A stretch of 64,000 bases of DNA, taken from Candidatus Jorgensenbacteria bacterium GW2011_GWA1_48_11. GTDB taxonomy: Bacteria > Patescibacteriota > Minisyncoccia > UBA6257 > GWB1-50-10. Each line of letters opens with the position of its first letter. The stretch's first letter is position 1. The DNA lies in the NCBI GenBank assembly GCA_001003475.1, contig LCPF01000001.1, positions 328,549 to 392,548 on the forward strand, given 5' to 3'. The position numbers were made by a program, and so were the translations under genes. The notes below the pieces were generated by a model that was not told where the DNA came from, did not search any database, and was given only the letters and a program-made list of their open reading frames with translations. Below, in pieces: positions 27,214 to 37,378 of the stretch.

Positions 27214-28162
27214 TCATACGCATATACTGACAAAGTGGGGAGATATAGTAACCGCAAGGGGTTTTAACGACGGTGATTTAATTTATGTAGTGCCTCTTTA
27301 TTTCCTTTCAGATAAAGGTAGCCGCACTTATAGCGGGGAAAAATACGAAAAATACGTCGATGAATTTGCAGAACGTTATCGGCATTTTCACCCGGAATTG
27401 GTTCGGTCTACGCCTTACGGCCAGCGAGTAGCGATACGGGAGGACCAGATTACGCGCGCCTTCGATCCTTTTGCAAACCCTCGGCTTATTTATGATTCTT
27501 TTGACAAAAAAATTTATCGGCGGGTTGTCGATATTCTTACTAAATTTGTCCCCAGAGAGAGCATTGGATTTATCGGGTCGAGCCTGGTCGGTTTCCAGAC
27601 GGCTGGTTCCGATTTGGATATAGTAATTCGCGGTCTAGAGAATTACCGGACCTTACGCGGCCAGTTCAAGGATTTTCTGAATGCTTTAGGGGCATGCGCC
27701 ACGATAACCAGGGAACAGTTTTATAAATCTGTTGTAAAATACGAACGGTTATTCAATGGAGTCAATAACGATTTCGCGACAATGATTAAAAACCGTTGGC
27801 CCACAATTCATATGCCAGGTGAATTGTTTTGTAAAATCCGTTTCACGTTGAATCCGGCCAATGACGTTATTTTCTCCGCACCTTCCAACCTTTCTTTAAG
27901 GGAAGGATCGGTCAATGGGAAAGTTATAGAGGACGAGGGCGTCGCTTTCATGCCCAGACATTTTCGATTACGTCTGAACGAAGGTGCAGAATACGAGACC
28001 ATTACTTACCATTGGGATTATTCTTACTGCGTAATGGTAGGCGACGAAGTGACGGTTAGAGGAGCAATTGATGAGAGCGAGAAAATTATAGTCGTTAGTG
28101 ATCGGAAGAATCACGGCATAACTTTTAAAAAACAGAATAATATTGCCTGTGCTATTGTATAA
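27203..28162 (+). CDS. Nucleotidyltransferase (Pol-beta superfamily) domain protein
   Basis: GS...D.D motif (IGSSLVGFQTAGSDLDIVI). Confidence 0.55.
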   Translation: MITDHTHILTKWGDIVTARGFNDGDLIYVVPLYFLSDKGSRTYSGEKYEKYVDEFAERYRHFHPELVRSTPYGQRVAIREDQITRAFDPFANPRLIYDSFDKKIYRRVVDILTKFVPRESIGFIGSSLVGFQTAGSDLDIVIRGLENYRTLRGQFKDFLNALGACATITREQFYKSVVKYERLFNGVNNDFATMIKNRWPTIHMPGELFCKIRFTLNPANDVIFSAPSNLSLREGSVNGKVIEDEGVAFMPRHFRLRLNEGAEYETITYHWDYSYCVMVGDEVTVRGAIDESEKIIVVSDRKNHGITFKKQNNIACAIV

Positions 28163-28166
28163 ATTT

Positions 28167-29138
28167 ATGGAAACACAAACCCTTTATAGAACTTTCGATA
28201 CGAGATTTGAAAAGGAAGTACTGCCTTACATTGAGAAAAAGCTTCCACGGGATTATTTTTCAGAACCGATTTATTACTATATTGATAATTTTCAAATGCG
28301 TCGTTTCCGCGCAGTATTGCCTCTTATTATCGCCGAACATACCGGCGTCAATTATGAAGACGCTTTGGCGCTTGGAGCGGCATCCGAGCTCATCTTTACC
28401 ATCGCCTTAGTTCAGGACGACTTTATAGACGGCGATAAGATGAGGGGTGATATTTTAGCAGCTCACGAGAAATACGGCGCAGGGCGAGTCTTAGCATCGG
28501 CTGATTATGCGTATGGTGCGGTCTACGATATGATTTCGGATTTATCTCGTGGCGATGTGCCTGCGGCCGCTTTTAAAACAATCCTGGAAGGATTTCAGAA
28601 ATCCCATAGAGATCTTTATCAGAGTTTTATTATGGAATTAGGCTTTCAATTTCCCACCATTGAGATTACCAAAGAATATGTGAGGAAGGTGCATTTAGCG
28701 AAAACGGCACAGGGAATTAACGCTCTTTATTGTATCGGGGTACTAGCAGAACAAAAATCGGCCGGAAAGTTATCTCGAATATTTAAACGCTACGCGGAAC
28801 TGTTGGGAAGCGCCGGACAGATTAAAAATGATGTTTATGATTTCACGCGATATGCCGAATCAAGGGGATTATCCGATTTTCGCAATGGATATATCACATA
28901 CCCTCTCGCATATCTTGCAGAAGTAGTCGATCGAGTTCATTTAAGCGATATTCTTAAGAAGAAAGACGTGGATGGTTTTATGGATTTAATGAAGGAATAT
29001 AATGTAGTTGAAATATTGCGTAAAGAGATAAATGATCTTGCCGATCAAGCGATTTCAATTATCAAAGAAATTCCTTTGCCGATGCCGCTTAAGGAGATCT
29101 TAGAGTGTTGGGCGGAAGGCAATAGATTTACTCGTTAA
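28167..29138 (+). CDS. Isoprenoid (polyprenyl/terpene) synthase-fold protein
   Basis: First Asp-rich motif DDFIDGDKMRG (DDxxD...RRG-like) and a second motif NDVYD. Confidence 0.55.
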   Translation: METQTLYRTFDTRFEKEVLPYIEKKLPRDYFSEPIYYYIDNFQMRRFRAVLPLIIAEHTGVNYEDALALGAASELIFTIALVQDDFIDGDKMRGDILAAHEKYGAGRVLASADYAYGAVYDMISDLSRGDVPAAAFKTILEGFQKSHRDLYQSFIMELGFQFPTIEITKEYVRKVHLAKTAQGINALYCIGVLAEQKSAGKLSRIFKRYAELLGSAGQIKNDVYDFTRYAESRGLSDFRNGYITYPLAYLAEVVDRVHLSDILKKKDVDGFMDLMKEYNVVEILRKEINDLADQAISIIKEIPLPMPLKEILECWAEGNRFTR

Positions 29139-30301
29139 TTTTCTTGATTAAAATAATGTTCATTCCTTAAAAGATTTTTATTAAAAATATCTAAGACTTG
29201 TCTTGCTCGGTTACGCCATTCATAACTTTTAACGTCAATTATTGCTTGTTTCGCTAGAGAACTAGCCAATTTTTTATCTTGAATAAGTTTTGCAATACCA
29301 TCAGCCAGTATTTTTGGATTATTCGGTTCAACCAAGAGAGCATTAGCATCATTTAATACTTCACGTATTGATGGCAAATTGCTAGCTATTATTGGTGTGT
29401 TGCTGGCCATATACTCAAAAAGTTTTAACGGAGAAGTCAGTTTTTCCGAGATTTGATTCCCCTTTTTATTAGGTAGTATCAGAATATCGGCTGCTTTAAG
29501 ATAGAGAGGGATTGAGGCGTGTGGCTGACGACCAACACATAAGACGTTTTCGGGCAAGAATTCTCCGGTAGATTTTTCCGCGTCCGACGAATTTCCACCC
29601 ACGACTACGAAAATAAAATCATTGGTGAAAAATTTCGCGGCTTTGATAAAAACATCTTCTCCTTTCCAATCCTTGTAAAATCCTACACTACCGCTATATA
29701 GGATAATTTTCTTGTTTAAGGGCAGATTTGTGATTTTTCTGGCTTCCAAATGATTTGTATTTAGGTCAAATTTTTTCAAATCGACCCCATCTGGAAGAAG
29801 AGAGATTTTTTGCGGTGAGATATAATACTGATTCTTAATTATTTCAACCATCGCTTTTGTAATGGTTACGATAAGATCGACTCGAGGAAAAACATATCGA
29901 TCAAGCGGAAAAGGTACGTGAGCTTCCATAACAATTCTAATGTTGCTGGAAAAAAGTTTTTTCCAAATCAAGGCGTAAGTCGCAAGACGCGTGTCTTTAA
30001 AATACAGAATGGTTTGGGAAACGGTTGATCGATTTGAGATCAATAAAAAAGGCATCCATAAAAAATAATAGTAGATGGAGAAAAAGCGTTTAAAGAAAGG
30101 GGGGTTTACGATATGGTGCGGTATTTTTGAAAGATTTTCATTTTCTTCTCCAGAGCAGACAAGAATAAATCCGTTACCGAGTAGTTGGCTGAAGGCTTGA
30201 GCCATCGAGAGTACTTGGATTTGGTTGGCAAAGCACGTCCTAAAGTTGAGAGGTGTAATATAAATAAGTTTTTTATTCTCCAGCATATCAATTATTTCCA
30301 T
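29135..30301 (-). CDS. Glycosyltransferase family 1 (GT-B, GT4-like)
   Basis: C-terminal EX7E-type motif region (EYMASNTPIIASNLPSIREVL). 388 aa. Confidence 0.8.
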   Translation of the reverse strand: MEIIDMLENKKLIYITPLNFRTCFANQIQVLSMAQAFSQLLGNGFILVCSGEENENLSKIPHHIVNPPFFKRFFSIYYYFLWMPFLLISNRSTVSQTILYFKDTRLATYALIWKKLFSSNIRIVMEAHVPFPLDRYVFPRVDLIVTITKAMVEIIKNQYYISPQKISLLPDGVDLKKFDLNTNHLEARKITNLPLNKKIILYSGSVGFYKDWKGEDVFIKAAKFFTNDFIFVVVGGNSSDAEKSTGEFLPENVLCVGRQPHASIPLYLKAADILILPNKKGNQISEKLTSPLKLFEYMASNTPIIASNLPSIREVLNDANALLVEPNNPKILADGIAKLIQDKKLASSLAKQAIIDVKSYEWRNRARQVLDIFNKNLLRNEHYFNQEN

Positions 30302-30422
30302 TTAGTAATTTATTTAATTTCATAAGATATGTTGTTTTTGGAATTCTAACCATCGATTTATAGATACTATACAATTCTCAAAGTACTATTCCAATTGGGG
30401 AATTCCGGGCGGGTTTGCTAGA

Positions 30423-30890
30423 ATGAATCTTATGTGGGAATTTCTGAAGCAGACTCATCTTGGATTAAAGGCGAAGAAAAGAAAGGAGCAGTTTCTTATT
30501 TTTTTGAGTTTTCTCGTTACTTTCATTGTCGCGCGGTTCGTCGCCGATCTGCAGGATTCCGGCTATCTTTCCTTTCTTTTCGTGGGCGGCGTCCACATCC
30601 ATCATTTGGTTTTCGGGATTTTCTTCCTGATCATGAGCGGCTACCTGGCCATTTCTTACAGCCACAAGGAAGATTTCAAATCATTTACGGCCGTGCTCTT
30701 CGGCATCGGCGCCGCTCTGACCGTGGACGAGTTCACGCTCTGGCTTTTCTTGGACAACAATTATTGGGATCGGGTTGGTCGCTACAATGTCGACGCCATG
30801 ATAGTACTCGCCGGCGTTTTTTTCATCATCTACCTTTTGGGCGAGGCCCACGACTGGAAGCTTTCGAAAAAGATAAAAAGCGGAGTTTGA
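30423..30890 (+). CDS. Hypothetical membrane protein (155 aa)
   Basis: Four TM helices. No motif. Confidence 0.5.
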   Translation: MNLMWEFLKQTHLGLKAKKRKEQFLIFLSFLVTFIVARFVADLQDSGYLSFLFVGGVHIHHLVFGIFFLIMSGYLAISYSHKEDFKSFTAVLFGIGAALTVDEFTLWLFLDNNYWDRVGRYNVDAMIVLAGVFFIIYLLGEAHDWKLSKKIKSGV

Positions 30891-30918
30891 GGAACTTTGG
30901 CAATGTTAGAATTGATTA

Positions 30919-32010
30919 ATGACTGAAAAGCAGTGGCGTTCGACGATTCTGGCTCTTGTGGCGGTGTTCCTCGTTGTGTTTTTTTTCATTCCCGGCGAAG
31001 GGAAGCGGCCAGCCCAAACCGAGGAGACGGTTTCTTTTATTCCTCCTCTTTCGATCCCGATGGCTTCGGTCGACGACGTCCGGGCGATCTATCTTACGGC
31101 TCAGACGGCGGCCAGGCCCGAACGGGTTCAGGCCCTGATCGATCTCGTGAAGACCACGGAATTGAATGCGGTCGTCATTAACGTCAAGGACAGTGACGGC
31201 ATTTATCTCGACGGGAACATGAGGCGGGTGGTCGAGAAACTTTTGGCGAACGGCATTTACCCGATCGCCCGGATGGTGGTTTTCCAAGACAACTTTTTGG
31301 CGAGAACCCGGCCGGAACTGGCTTTAAAGAACCGGGACAATTCCCTTTGGCGGGGCAATAACGGCGCTTTATGGATCGACCCCGCGAGCATCGCGGTCTG
31401 GGATTACAATGCCAATATCGCCGAAGAAGCGCTCGCCATCGGTTTCAAGGAAATAAACCTTGACTACATCCGTTTTCCCTCGGACGGCGACGTTTCGGAG
31501 ATAGTTTATCCTTTTTACAACGCCTCAAGCTCGAAGAGCGCGGTCATGCGGGATTTTTTCGATTATTTTTCTTCGCGTCTCAAAGCCGACCGGCCGCAAG
31601 CCGTTCTTTCGGCGGATCTTTTCGCTTTCAGTTTCATTCAGGATGACGGTTTGGGCGTAGGCCAAAGAGTGCCCGTGGCCGCCGAATATTTCGACGTTCT
31701 TTCGCCGATGATCTACCCTTCGCACTACACGCCCGGCAATTTCGGCTTCGAGAACCCGGCCGAGCACCCTTACGAGGTCGTCTCGAGCACCTTGGCTTCC
31801 GGCCAAAAGTTTTTTCCGGATTCTTTGAAGAAGGCGATCGTCCGACCCTGGCTCCAAAGTTTTAATTTGGGGGCCGAATATACGCCGGCAATGGTGCGGC
31901 AGGAAATTCAAGCTTTGCTCGATCGGGGTTTCCGCAACAGCTGGATGCTGTGGAATCCGAATAATGTCTATAATCCGGACAATTTTTTGAAACGCCGGGA
32001 GTATAATTAA
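30919..32010 (+). CDS. Putative glycoside hydrolase-like TIM-barrel protein (GHL/DUF4015-type), membrane-anchored
   Basis: An N-terminal TM helix. The central region resembles GHL-family putative glycosidases. Confidence 0.5.
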   Translation: MTEKQWRSTILALVAVFLVVFFFIPGEGKRPAQTEETVSFIPPLSIPMASVDDVRAIYLTAQTAARPERVQALIDLVKTTELNAVVINVKDSDGIYLDGNMRRVVEKLLANGIYPIARMVVFQDNFLARTRPELALKNRDNSLWRGNNGALWIDPASIAVWDYNANIAEEALAIGFKEINLDYIRFPSDGDVSEIVYPFYNASSSKSAVMRDFFDYFSSRLKADRPQAVLSADLFAFSFIQDDGLGVGQRVPVAAEYFDVLSPMIYPSHYTPGNFGFENPAEHPYEVVSSTLASGQKFFPDSLKKAIVRPWLQSFNLGAEYTPAMVRQEIQALLDRGFRNSWMLWNPNNVYNPDNFLKRREYN

Positions 32011-32013
32011 TTC

Positions 32014-32598
32014 ATGCGCAGGGTTTTTTTGATTCACGGCTGGATGGGTTCGCCGCACGGCGACTGGTTGCCGTGGCTGAAGAGGGAGCTTGAGAAAAAA
32101 GGTTTTGACGCCTTCGCGCCGCATATGCCCGAACCGGCCAAGCCGGAAATCAAATCTTGGATCTCGCAAATAGACGGTGCGGTCGGTTTGCCCGATGCAG
32201 AAACCTATTTCGTGGGCCATAGCGTCGGCTGTCAGGCCGTCCTGCGGTATTTGGCTGCGACGGGCGGCGAAATCGGCGGCGCCGTGCTCATCGCGCCCTG
32301 GTTTTCGCTCGCGGCCGGCGCCCTCGAGACTGCGGAAGACGAAGCGATCGCCGAGCCGTGGCTTAAGACGCCGATCGATTTCGAAAAGATCCGCGAAGCG
32401 ACCGGCAAATTCACGGCTATTTTTTCCGACAACGACCCTTGGGTGGATTGGCAGGAAAATTCGGAGATCGTGAAGGAAAAACTCGGCGCCAAGACCGTTA
32501 TTCTGCACGAGCAGGGGCATTTTTCCGAGATGGTTGGCGGCGTTTTGGAATTGCCGGTTGTTTTAGCCGAAATCCTGAAAATCGCCGGTAGGGTATAA
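32014..32598 (+). CDS. Alpha/beta hydrolase (RBBP9/YdeN-like serine hydrolase)
   Basis: Nucleophile elbow GHSVG. 194 aa. Confidence 0.65.
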   Translation: MRRVFLIHGWMGSPHGDWLPWLKRELEKKGFDAFAPHMPEPAKPEIKSWISQIDGAVGLPDAETYFVGHSVGCQAVLRYLAATGGEIGGAVLIAPWFSLAAGALETAEDEAIAEPWLKTPIDFEKIREATGKFTAIFSDNDPWVDWQENSEIVKEKLGAKTVILHEQGHFSEMVGGVLELPVVLAEILKIAGRV

Positions 32599-32607
32599 TA
32601 AAAACGT

Positions 32608-33621
32608 ATGCGGGGGATGAAAATCGCTTTTTTTGAGCTTGAAGGCTGGGAAGAAAAGATCATCCGAGCCAATTTTCCGAACGAAGAACTCTCATTTTTC
32701 GATGGGCATTTCGACGACCTGACGCCGCCGCCGAAAAACGAGTTCGACGTCGTCTCTATTTTCGTCGATTCCAAGATCACGCCCAAAACCCTGGCTCGGT
32801 TCCCGAACTTGAAATTTTTAACCACCCGTTCGACGGGTTATGACCATATTGATCTGAAAGCCCTGAAAAAAAGGAACGTTCAGGCGGCTTACGTGCCGGG
32901 CTACGGCGACAACACCGTGGCCGAGTTCGCCTTCGGCCTGATCCTGAACTTGACCCGCAAGATCTATCTGGCGATCGATCAGGTCAAGGAAATCGAATCA
33001 TTCGATTTGAAAAATCTGCGGGGCATGGATTTGAAGAATAAGACGATCGGCGTCGTCGGCACCGGCCGCATCGGCAAAGAGGTGATCAGGATCGCGAAGG
33101 GGTTCGGCCTGAACGTGCTGGCCTACGATCCTTTCCCGAAGAACGACTTGGCGAAGCTCATTGGTTACGAATATGTGAGCCTTACGGATTTGCTCAAGAA
33201 TTCGGACATCGTGACCATTCACTGTCCTTACAACAGGAAAACCCGCCACCTGCTGAATAAAAAGAACATTAAGTTCGTGAAACGCGGCGCCTATCTCGTG
33301 AATACCGCTCGGGGCGGCATTGTCGAAACCGAGGCTCTGGTTTTGGCACTGAACGAGGGGATTTTGGCCGGCGCGGCCTTGGACGTGCTTGAGGAAGAGG
33401 GCGAAACCAAGGACGAAATGAAATTTTTGAGCGCGATCGGCGGGCACGGCGAGAATCTCCGGACCATCCTCGAAAACCACATTTTGATGAAAATGCCGAA
33501 CGTTTTGATCACGCCCCACAACGCTTTCAATTCCCAGGAAGCGCTGGAGCGGATTCTGAATACGACGATCCAGAATATCAAAAGCTTCCTCGCCGGCCGG
33601 CCGGAAAACCTCGTGCCTTAA
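32608..33621 (+). CDS. D-isomer-specific 2-hydroxyacid dehydrogenase (NAD-dependent)
   Basis: GxGxxG motif (VVGTGRIGKEV) and a catalytic R/E/H region. Confidence 0.85.
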   Translation: MRGMKIAFFELEGWEEKIIRANFPNEELSFFDGHFDDLTPPPKNEFDVVSIFVDSKITPKTLARFPNLKFLTTRSTGYDHIDLKALKKRNVQAAYVPGYGDNTVAEFAFGLILNLTRKIYLAIDQVKEIESFDLKNLRGMDLKNKTIGVVGTGRIGKEVIRIAKGFGLNVLAYDPFPKNDLAKLIGYEYVSLTDLLKNSDIVTIHCPYNRKTRHLLNKKNIKFVKRGAYLVNTARGGIVETEALVLALNEGILAGAALDVLEEEGETKDEMKFLSAIGGHGENLRTILENHILMKMPNVLITPHNAFNSQEALERILNTTIQNIKSFLAGRPENLVP

Positions 33622-33691
33622 ATGAATTCAGAAACAAGGAATTGTCAGAATTGCCAGCCCAAGGCTGGTCCGCCTCGGGCGGACAAACATC

Positions 33692-35398
33692 ATGGCTGAA
33701 TCACAAACTAAAGTTTGTCAGAATTGTCATGGTTCATTCGTCATTGAACCGGAGGATTTCCAGTTTTACGAAAAAATCCAGGTCCCGCCGCCCACCTGGT
33801 GCCCGGAGTGTCGTAATCAGAGGCGCTTGGCTTTCCGAAACGAGCGTAGTTTGCACAAAAGAAAATGCGATTTTTCTGGAGAAAATATGATTTCGTTGTA
33901 TCCACCGAATACCCCATTCCCCGTTTATCAACAAAAATATTGGTGGAGCGACAAGTGGGACCCCCTTTCGTATGGAAAGGAAATAAATTGGAATGAGCCG
34001 TTTTTGAAACAGATACAAGAATTAAGAAACAGAACCCCGCGCATGAACCTAATCGGTTTGCATCAAACACTTGAGAATAGCGAATACGTGAATATGGCTC
34101 ATAATTTGAAGAATTGCTATCTTATTTTCAACTCCGACTATAACGAGAATTGTTTATATGGTTCTGAAATAGAAAGTTCCAAGGATTGCATTGATAACCT
34201 GATGATCGATTCTTGTACGCTCTGTTACGAATGCATTAATTGCAACAAGTGTTATAAAACTTTTTTCTCCGAGGACTGTAATGAATGCAACGACGTCTAT
34301 TTCTCAAAAGATTGCATCGGGTGCAATAATTGTTTCGGTTGCGTCAATCTCCGGAAAAAAAGCCATCACATTTTTAACAAACCTTATACGAGGGAAGAAT
34401 ATGAAGCAAGAATTAAGGAGTATAACCTGTCGTCTCGAGCGTCGCTTAGGGGTTGGCAAAAGAAAACCCAAGATTTTTGGGAAACCAAGGGAAAATATAA
34501 ACACTTTCACGGTTTACAAAACGATGACGTTTCCGGCGACTATATTAATAATTCAAAGAACATTCACAATTGCTTCATTGTTCGGGGGTCGAAGAATTGT
34601 AAATACTGCATGTGGTTGATTGTTGGAAACAATGAAGATTGTTACGACTATGCCCAATTTGGTCAGAATACAGAACTCATGTACGAAGTGATGCAAGCCG
34701 GATACCAAACCTCCAATGTGAAGTTTAGTTATCTTGTTGCCGCGATGAGCTCAAGTATCGAATACTCCGACTCTGTTTATGGTTCTTCCAACTGTTTCGG
34801 TTGCAGCAATCTGAGAGATAAGGAGTACTGCATTCTGAACAAGCAATATTCTAAAGAAGAATATAACGAATTTATTCCGAAGATTAAAAAGCATATGAAC
34901 GAAAAACCCTATGTTGATAAAAAGGGCAGGGTTTATAAATACGGCGAATTTTTCCCCATCGAGTTAAGTGTAATTCCGTACAATCAATCATCGGCTCAAG
35001 ATTTTTATCCTCTTTCCGAAAAAGACGCCGAAGAAAAAGGGTATTCTTGGAGCGAGATAAAGCTAACCGAGCACGAAATTTCACTATCGTTTGATAAGAT
35101 CCCGGATACAATCGATAAAACCGACGACACCATTATTAAAGAAGTAATTGCTTGTCGTGAATCGGGCAAAGCTTTTCGGATAGTTCCCGATGAACTCAGA
35201 TTGCATCGAGTTTTTAATCTGCCTCTTCCTGATTGTTTGCCAGAAGTGCGCCAAAAGAGAAGAATAGGGAGGCGGAACAAGCCCGTTCTTTACAATCGTG
35301 CCTGTGCCAAGTGCGGCAAGGGGATTCAAACTTCCTACGCTTCCGAGAGGCCGGAGGTAGTGTACTGTGAGCAGTGTTACAACGCCGAAGTGGTATGA
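33692..35398 (+). CDS. Cys-rich repeat protein with duplicated N- and C-terminal zinc-ribbon modules (568 aa)
   Basis: The N-terminus (CQNCHGSF...PPPTWCPECRNQRRLAFRNERSLHKRKCDFSG) is mirrored at the C-terminus (CRESGKAF...LPDCLPEVRQKRRIGRRNKPVLYNRACAKCG). The central region carries 11-12-residue repeats with regularly spaced Cys. Confidence 0.6.
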   Translation: MAESQTKVCQNCHGSFVIEPEDFQFYEKIQVPPPTWCPECRNQRRLAFRNERSLHKRKCDFSGENMISLYPPNTPFPVYQQKYWWSDKWDPLSYGKEINWNEPFLKQIQELRNRTPRMNLIGLHQTLENSEYVNMAHNLKNCYLIFNSDYNENCLYGSEIESSKDCIDNLMIDSCTLCYECINCNKCYKTFFSEDCNECNDVYFSKDCIGCNNCFGCVNLRKKSHHIFNKPYTREEYEARIKEYNLSSRASLRGWQKKTQDFWETKGKYKHFHGLQNDDVSGDYINNSKNIHNCFIVRGSKNCKYCMWLIVGNNEDCYDYAQFGQNTELMYEVMQAGYQTSNVKFSYLVAAMSSSIEYSDSVYGSSNCFGCSNLRDKEYCILNKQYSKEEYNEFIPKIKKHMNEKPYVDKKGRVYKYGEFFPIELSVIPYNQSSAQDFYPLSEKDAEEKGYSWSEIKLTEHEISLSFDKIPDTIDKTDDTIIKEVIACRESGKAFRIVPDELRLHRVFNLPLPDCLPEVRQKRRIGRRNKPVLYNRACAKCGKGIQTSYASERPEVVYCEQCYNAEVV

Positions 35399-36597
35399 AT
35401 ATAAAAGATTTAAATATTAAAGAGATTAAGGATTCGCGGGGCAACCCGACGATCGAGGTCGGTCTTGTGAGCGAAACAGGCGATTTTTTCAACGCTCAAG
35501 TTCCTTCGGGCAAGAGCGTGGGCGAGCGGGAGGCCATTGTTCTGCCTTTTGGGAAAGCGCGGGAAGTTTTGGACGGCCTTCTCAAAAAAGAGCTGATCGG
35601 CCGCGATTTCGGCGGTGTGAAAGAACTGGACGCGTTCTTGCTCCAGCTCGACCCCACTTCCCAAAAAGAAAGGCTGGGCGGCAATCTGACGCTGGGCCTT
35701 TCCTTGGCTTTCGCCCGGGCCTTGGCCGGGGAGAAAAAATTGGAGCTTTGGGAAATTCTGCGGGGAGAATTTTTTCCGGGTGAAACCGGCAAAATTCTGC
35801 CGCGGATTTTCTCAAACCTCATTAACGGCGGCGTCCACGCCGAAAACAATCTCGATTTCCAGGAATTTTTGGCGGTCGTTGAGCCGAAAGATTCGGTCGA
35901 GGCGGCCGTGGCCAAACTCGGGGATTTTTACGAAAAACTCGGCGAATGGTTCAAGAACGAAAGTGGCTTGGCAAACACTCGCTTGGGCGACGAGGGCGGC
36001 TATGCGCCGAATTTCAAGGACAATTTCGAGCCGTTCCGGATCTTGGGCGAGAGGATTGCGGCTGAAAACCTGGAAGGGGAATTTTCTTTGGGGATGGACG
36101 CGGCCGCCTCGGAACTCTGGAGCGAAGGCAAATACCGGTTCGAAAACCAGCGTCTTTCGGCCGATGAATTGAAACAGGTTTATTTGAACTATTTCCGCCG
36201 GGCACCGTTCCTGTTTTCGCTGGAAGATCCGTTCGACGAGGACGACGGCCAAAGCTTCGGCAATCTTCTGGCGCAGGCGCCGGGCAAGCTCATTATCGGC
36301 GACGATCTCACGACTACGCGGCCGGAAATGATCCAGTCCTGCGCCAGCCACAAATTCGTGAACGGCGTGATCATCAAAGCCAATCAGATCGGCACCCTGA
36401 AGGAGACCTGCGAAGCGGTCAAGGCGGCCAAGGAATCGAAAGTAGATGTGATCGTTTCCCATCGTTCCGGCGAAACAGCGGATAATTTTCTGATCCACAT
36501 CGCCCGGGCCGGGAACGCCCAAGGGGTGAAGATCGGCTCGCCTTACGGCGACCGACTCAGTAAATTTAAGGAACTGGTGAGGGTTTTTTCCCGATGA
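35395..36597 (+). CDS. eno: Enolase (phosphopyruvate hydratase)
   Basis: SRGNPTIEV motif. Overlaps the upstream stop by ATGA. Confidence 0.9.
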   Translation: MNIKDLNIKEIKDSRGNPTIEVGLVSETGDFFNAQVPSGKSVGEREAIVLPFGKAREVLDGLLKKELIGRDFGGVKELDAFLLQLDPTSQKERLGGNLTLGLSLAFARALAGEKKLELWEILRGEFFPGETGKILPRIFSNLINGGVHAENNLDFQEFLAVVEPKDSVEAAVAKLGDFYEKLGEWFKNESGLANTRLGDEGGYAPNFKDNFEPFRILGERIAAENLEGEFSLGMDAAASELWSEGKYRFENQRLSADELKQVYLNYFRRAPFLFSLEDPFDEDDGQSFGNLLAQAPGKLIIGDDLTTTRPEMIQSCASHKFVNGVIIKANQIGTLKETCEAVKAAKESKVDVIVSHRSGETADNFLIHIARAGNAQGVKIGSPYGDRLSKFKELVRVFSR

Positions 36598-36606
36598 AAA
36601 GACAAA

Positions 36607-36632
36607 CCCGCCCGATGATTTCGGGCGGGTCG
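36607..36632. terminator. Hairpin CCCGCCCGA-TGATT-TCGGGCGGG between convergent genes
   Basis: A 9-bp perfect stem. Confidence 0.5.
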
Positions 36633-36649
36633 GCGCTCAGGCGCCGCTT

Positions 36650-36853
36650 TTAGGCGAATTTCTTCTTGAAGATGGGACCCTTAGTGTTTCCTTCGACGAG
36701 CACGTAGAGCCAGAGGAGTTTCGGCCGGAGCTTGTCCCGGACGTCGAGGAGGAGCGAAGCGCAGATGCCGGCTCCCGAGGCCATTTTCTCCAGCCGTTCG
36801 CCGAAAGCGGCGAGAGCTTCGTCTAGGGTCTTGAAGAGGTCGGTCCGCTCCAT
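36650..36853 (-). CDS. Hypothetical small protein (67 aa from the internal ATG)
   Basis: The ATG lies 10 nt after the stop of the upstream ORF, in a different frame. GC-rich patch. Confidence 0.35.
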   Translation of the reverse strand: MERTDLFKTLDEALAAFGERLEKMASGAGICASLLLDVRDKLRPKLLWLYVLVEGNTKGPIFKKKFA

Positions 36854-36863
36854 GGCCCAGCGG

Positions 36864-37232
36864 TCAAGCCAGGGGTTCAGGACGATGAATCTCCGGGCCA
36901 GGAACGCCAAGCGCGTGGTTCACGAGGGTCTGGCCGGTTTCGAGGTCGAGCAAGAATTTCGTCTCGTTCGACGGACCCGGCTTCTGGAGGTCTTCCCAGG
37001 CCTCGCCGCGGATCGGGTAGAACTGGATGTTGGAGATGATGCTGTTCGGCCCGCTGTTGATGACGCGGACAATGGCCCAGTCCCCCCAGGGAAATATCTC
37101 CCCCAGCCGCTCGAGGATTTGCGACTCCTGGCCGAAGAACGGCTCGTCCAGCTGGACCTTTACCCGGCTGTCGGGGTAGCCCAAGCTGTTCACCGTTCCG
37201 AAACCGAATCTGGTAATCACTCTCATGTTCAC
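36864..37232 (-). CDS. Hypothetical protein (122 aa)
   Basis: SD AGAGGTGA upstream. Balanced composition. Confidence 0.5.
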   Translation of the reverse strand: MNMRVITRFGFGTVNSLGYPDSRVKVQLDEPFFGQESQILERLGEIFPWGDWAIVRVINSGPNSIISNIQFYPIRGEAWEDLQKPGPSNETKFLLDLETGQTLVNHALGVPGPEIHRPEPLA

Positions 37233-37378
37233 GGGTCACCTCTTTCGGAAGAATTGCCATGTATCAGGGCCGGAAGGAATTATCGGCTTCTATCGGGGAA
37301 TTTGCAAATTTCCGGGCGCTCATTGCTTTTATCCGGCGGCGGGTCTATAAAGTAAGCAGACCCTTTCCCGGAGCGTAT

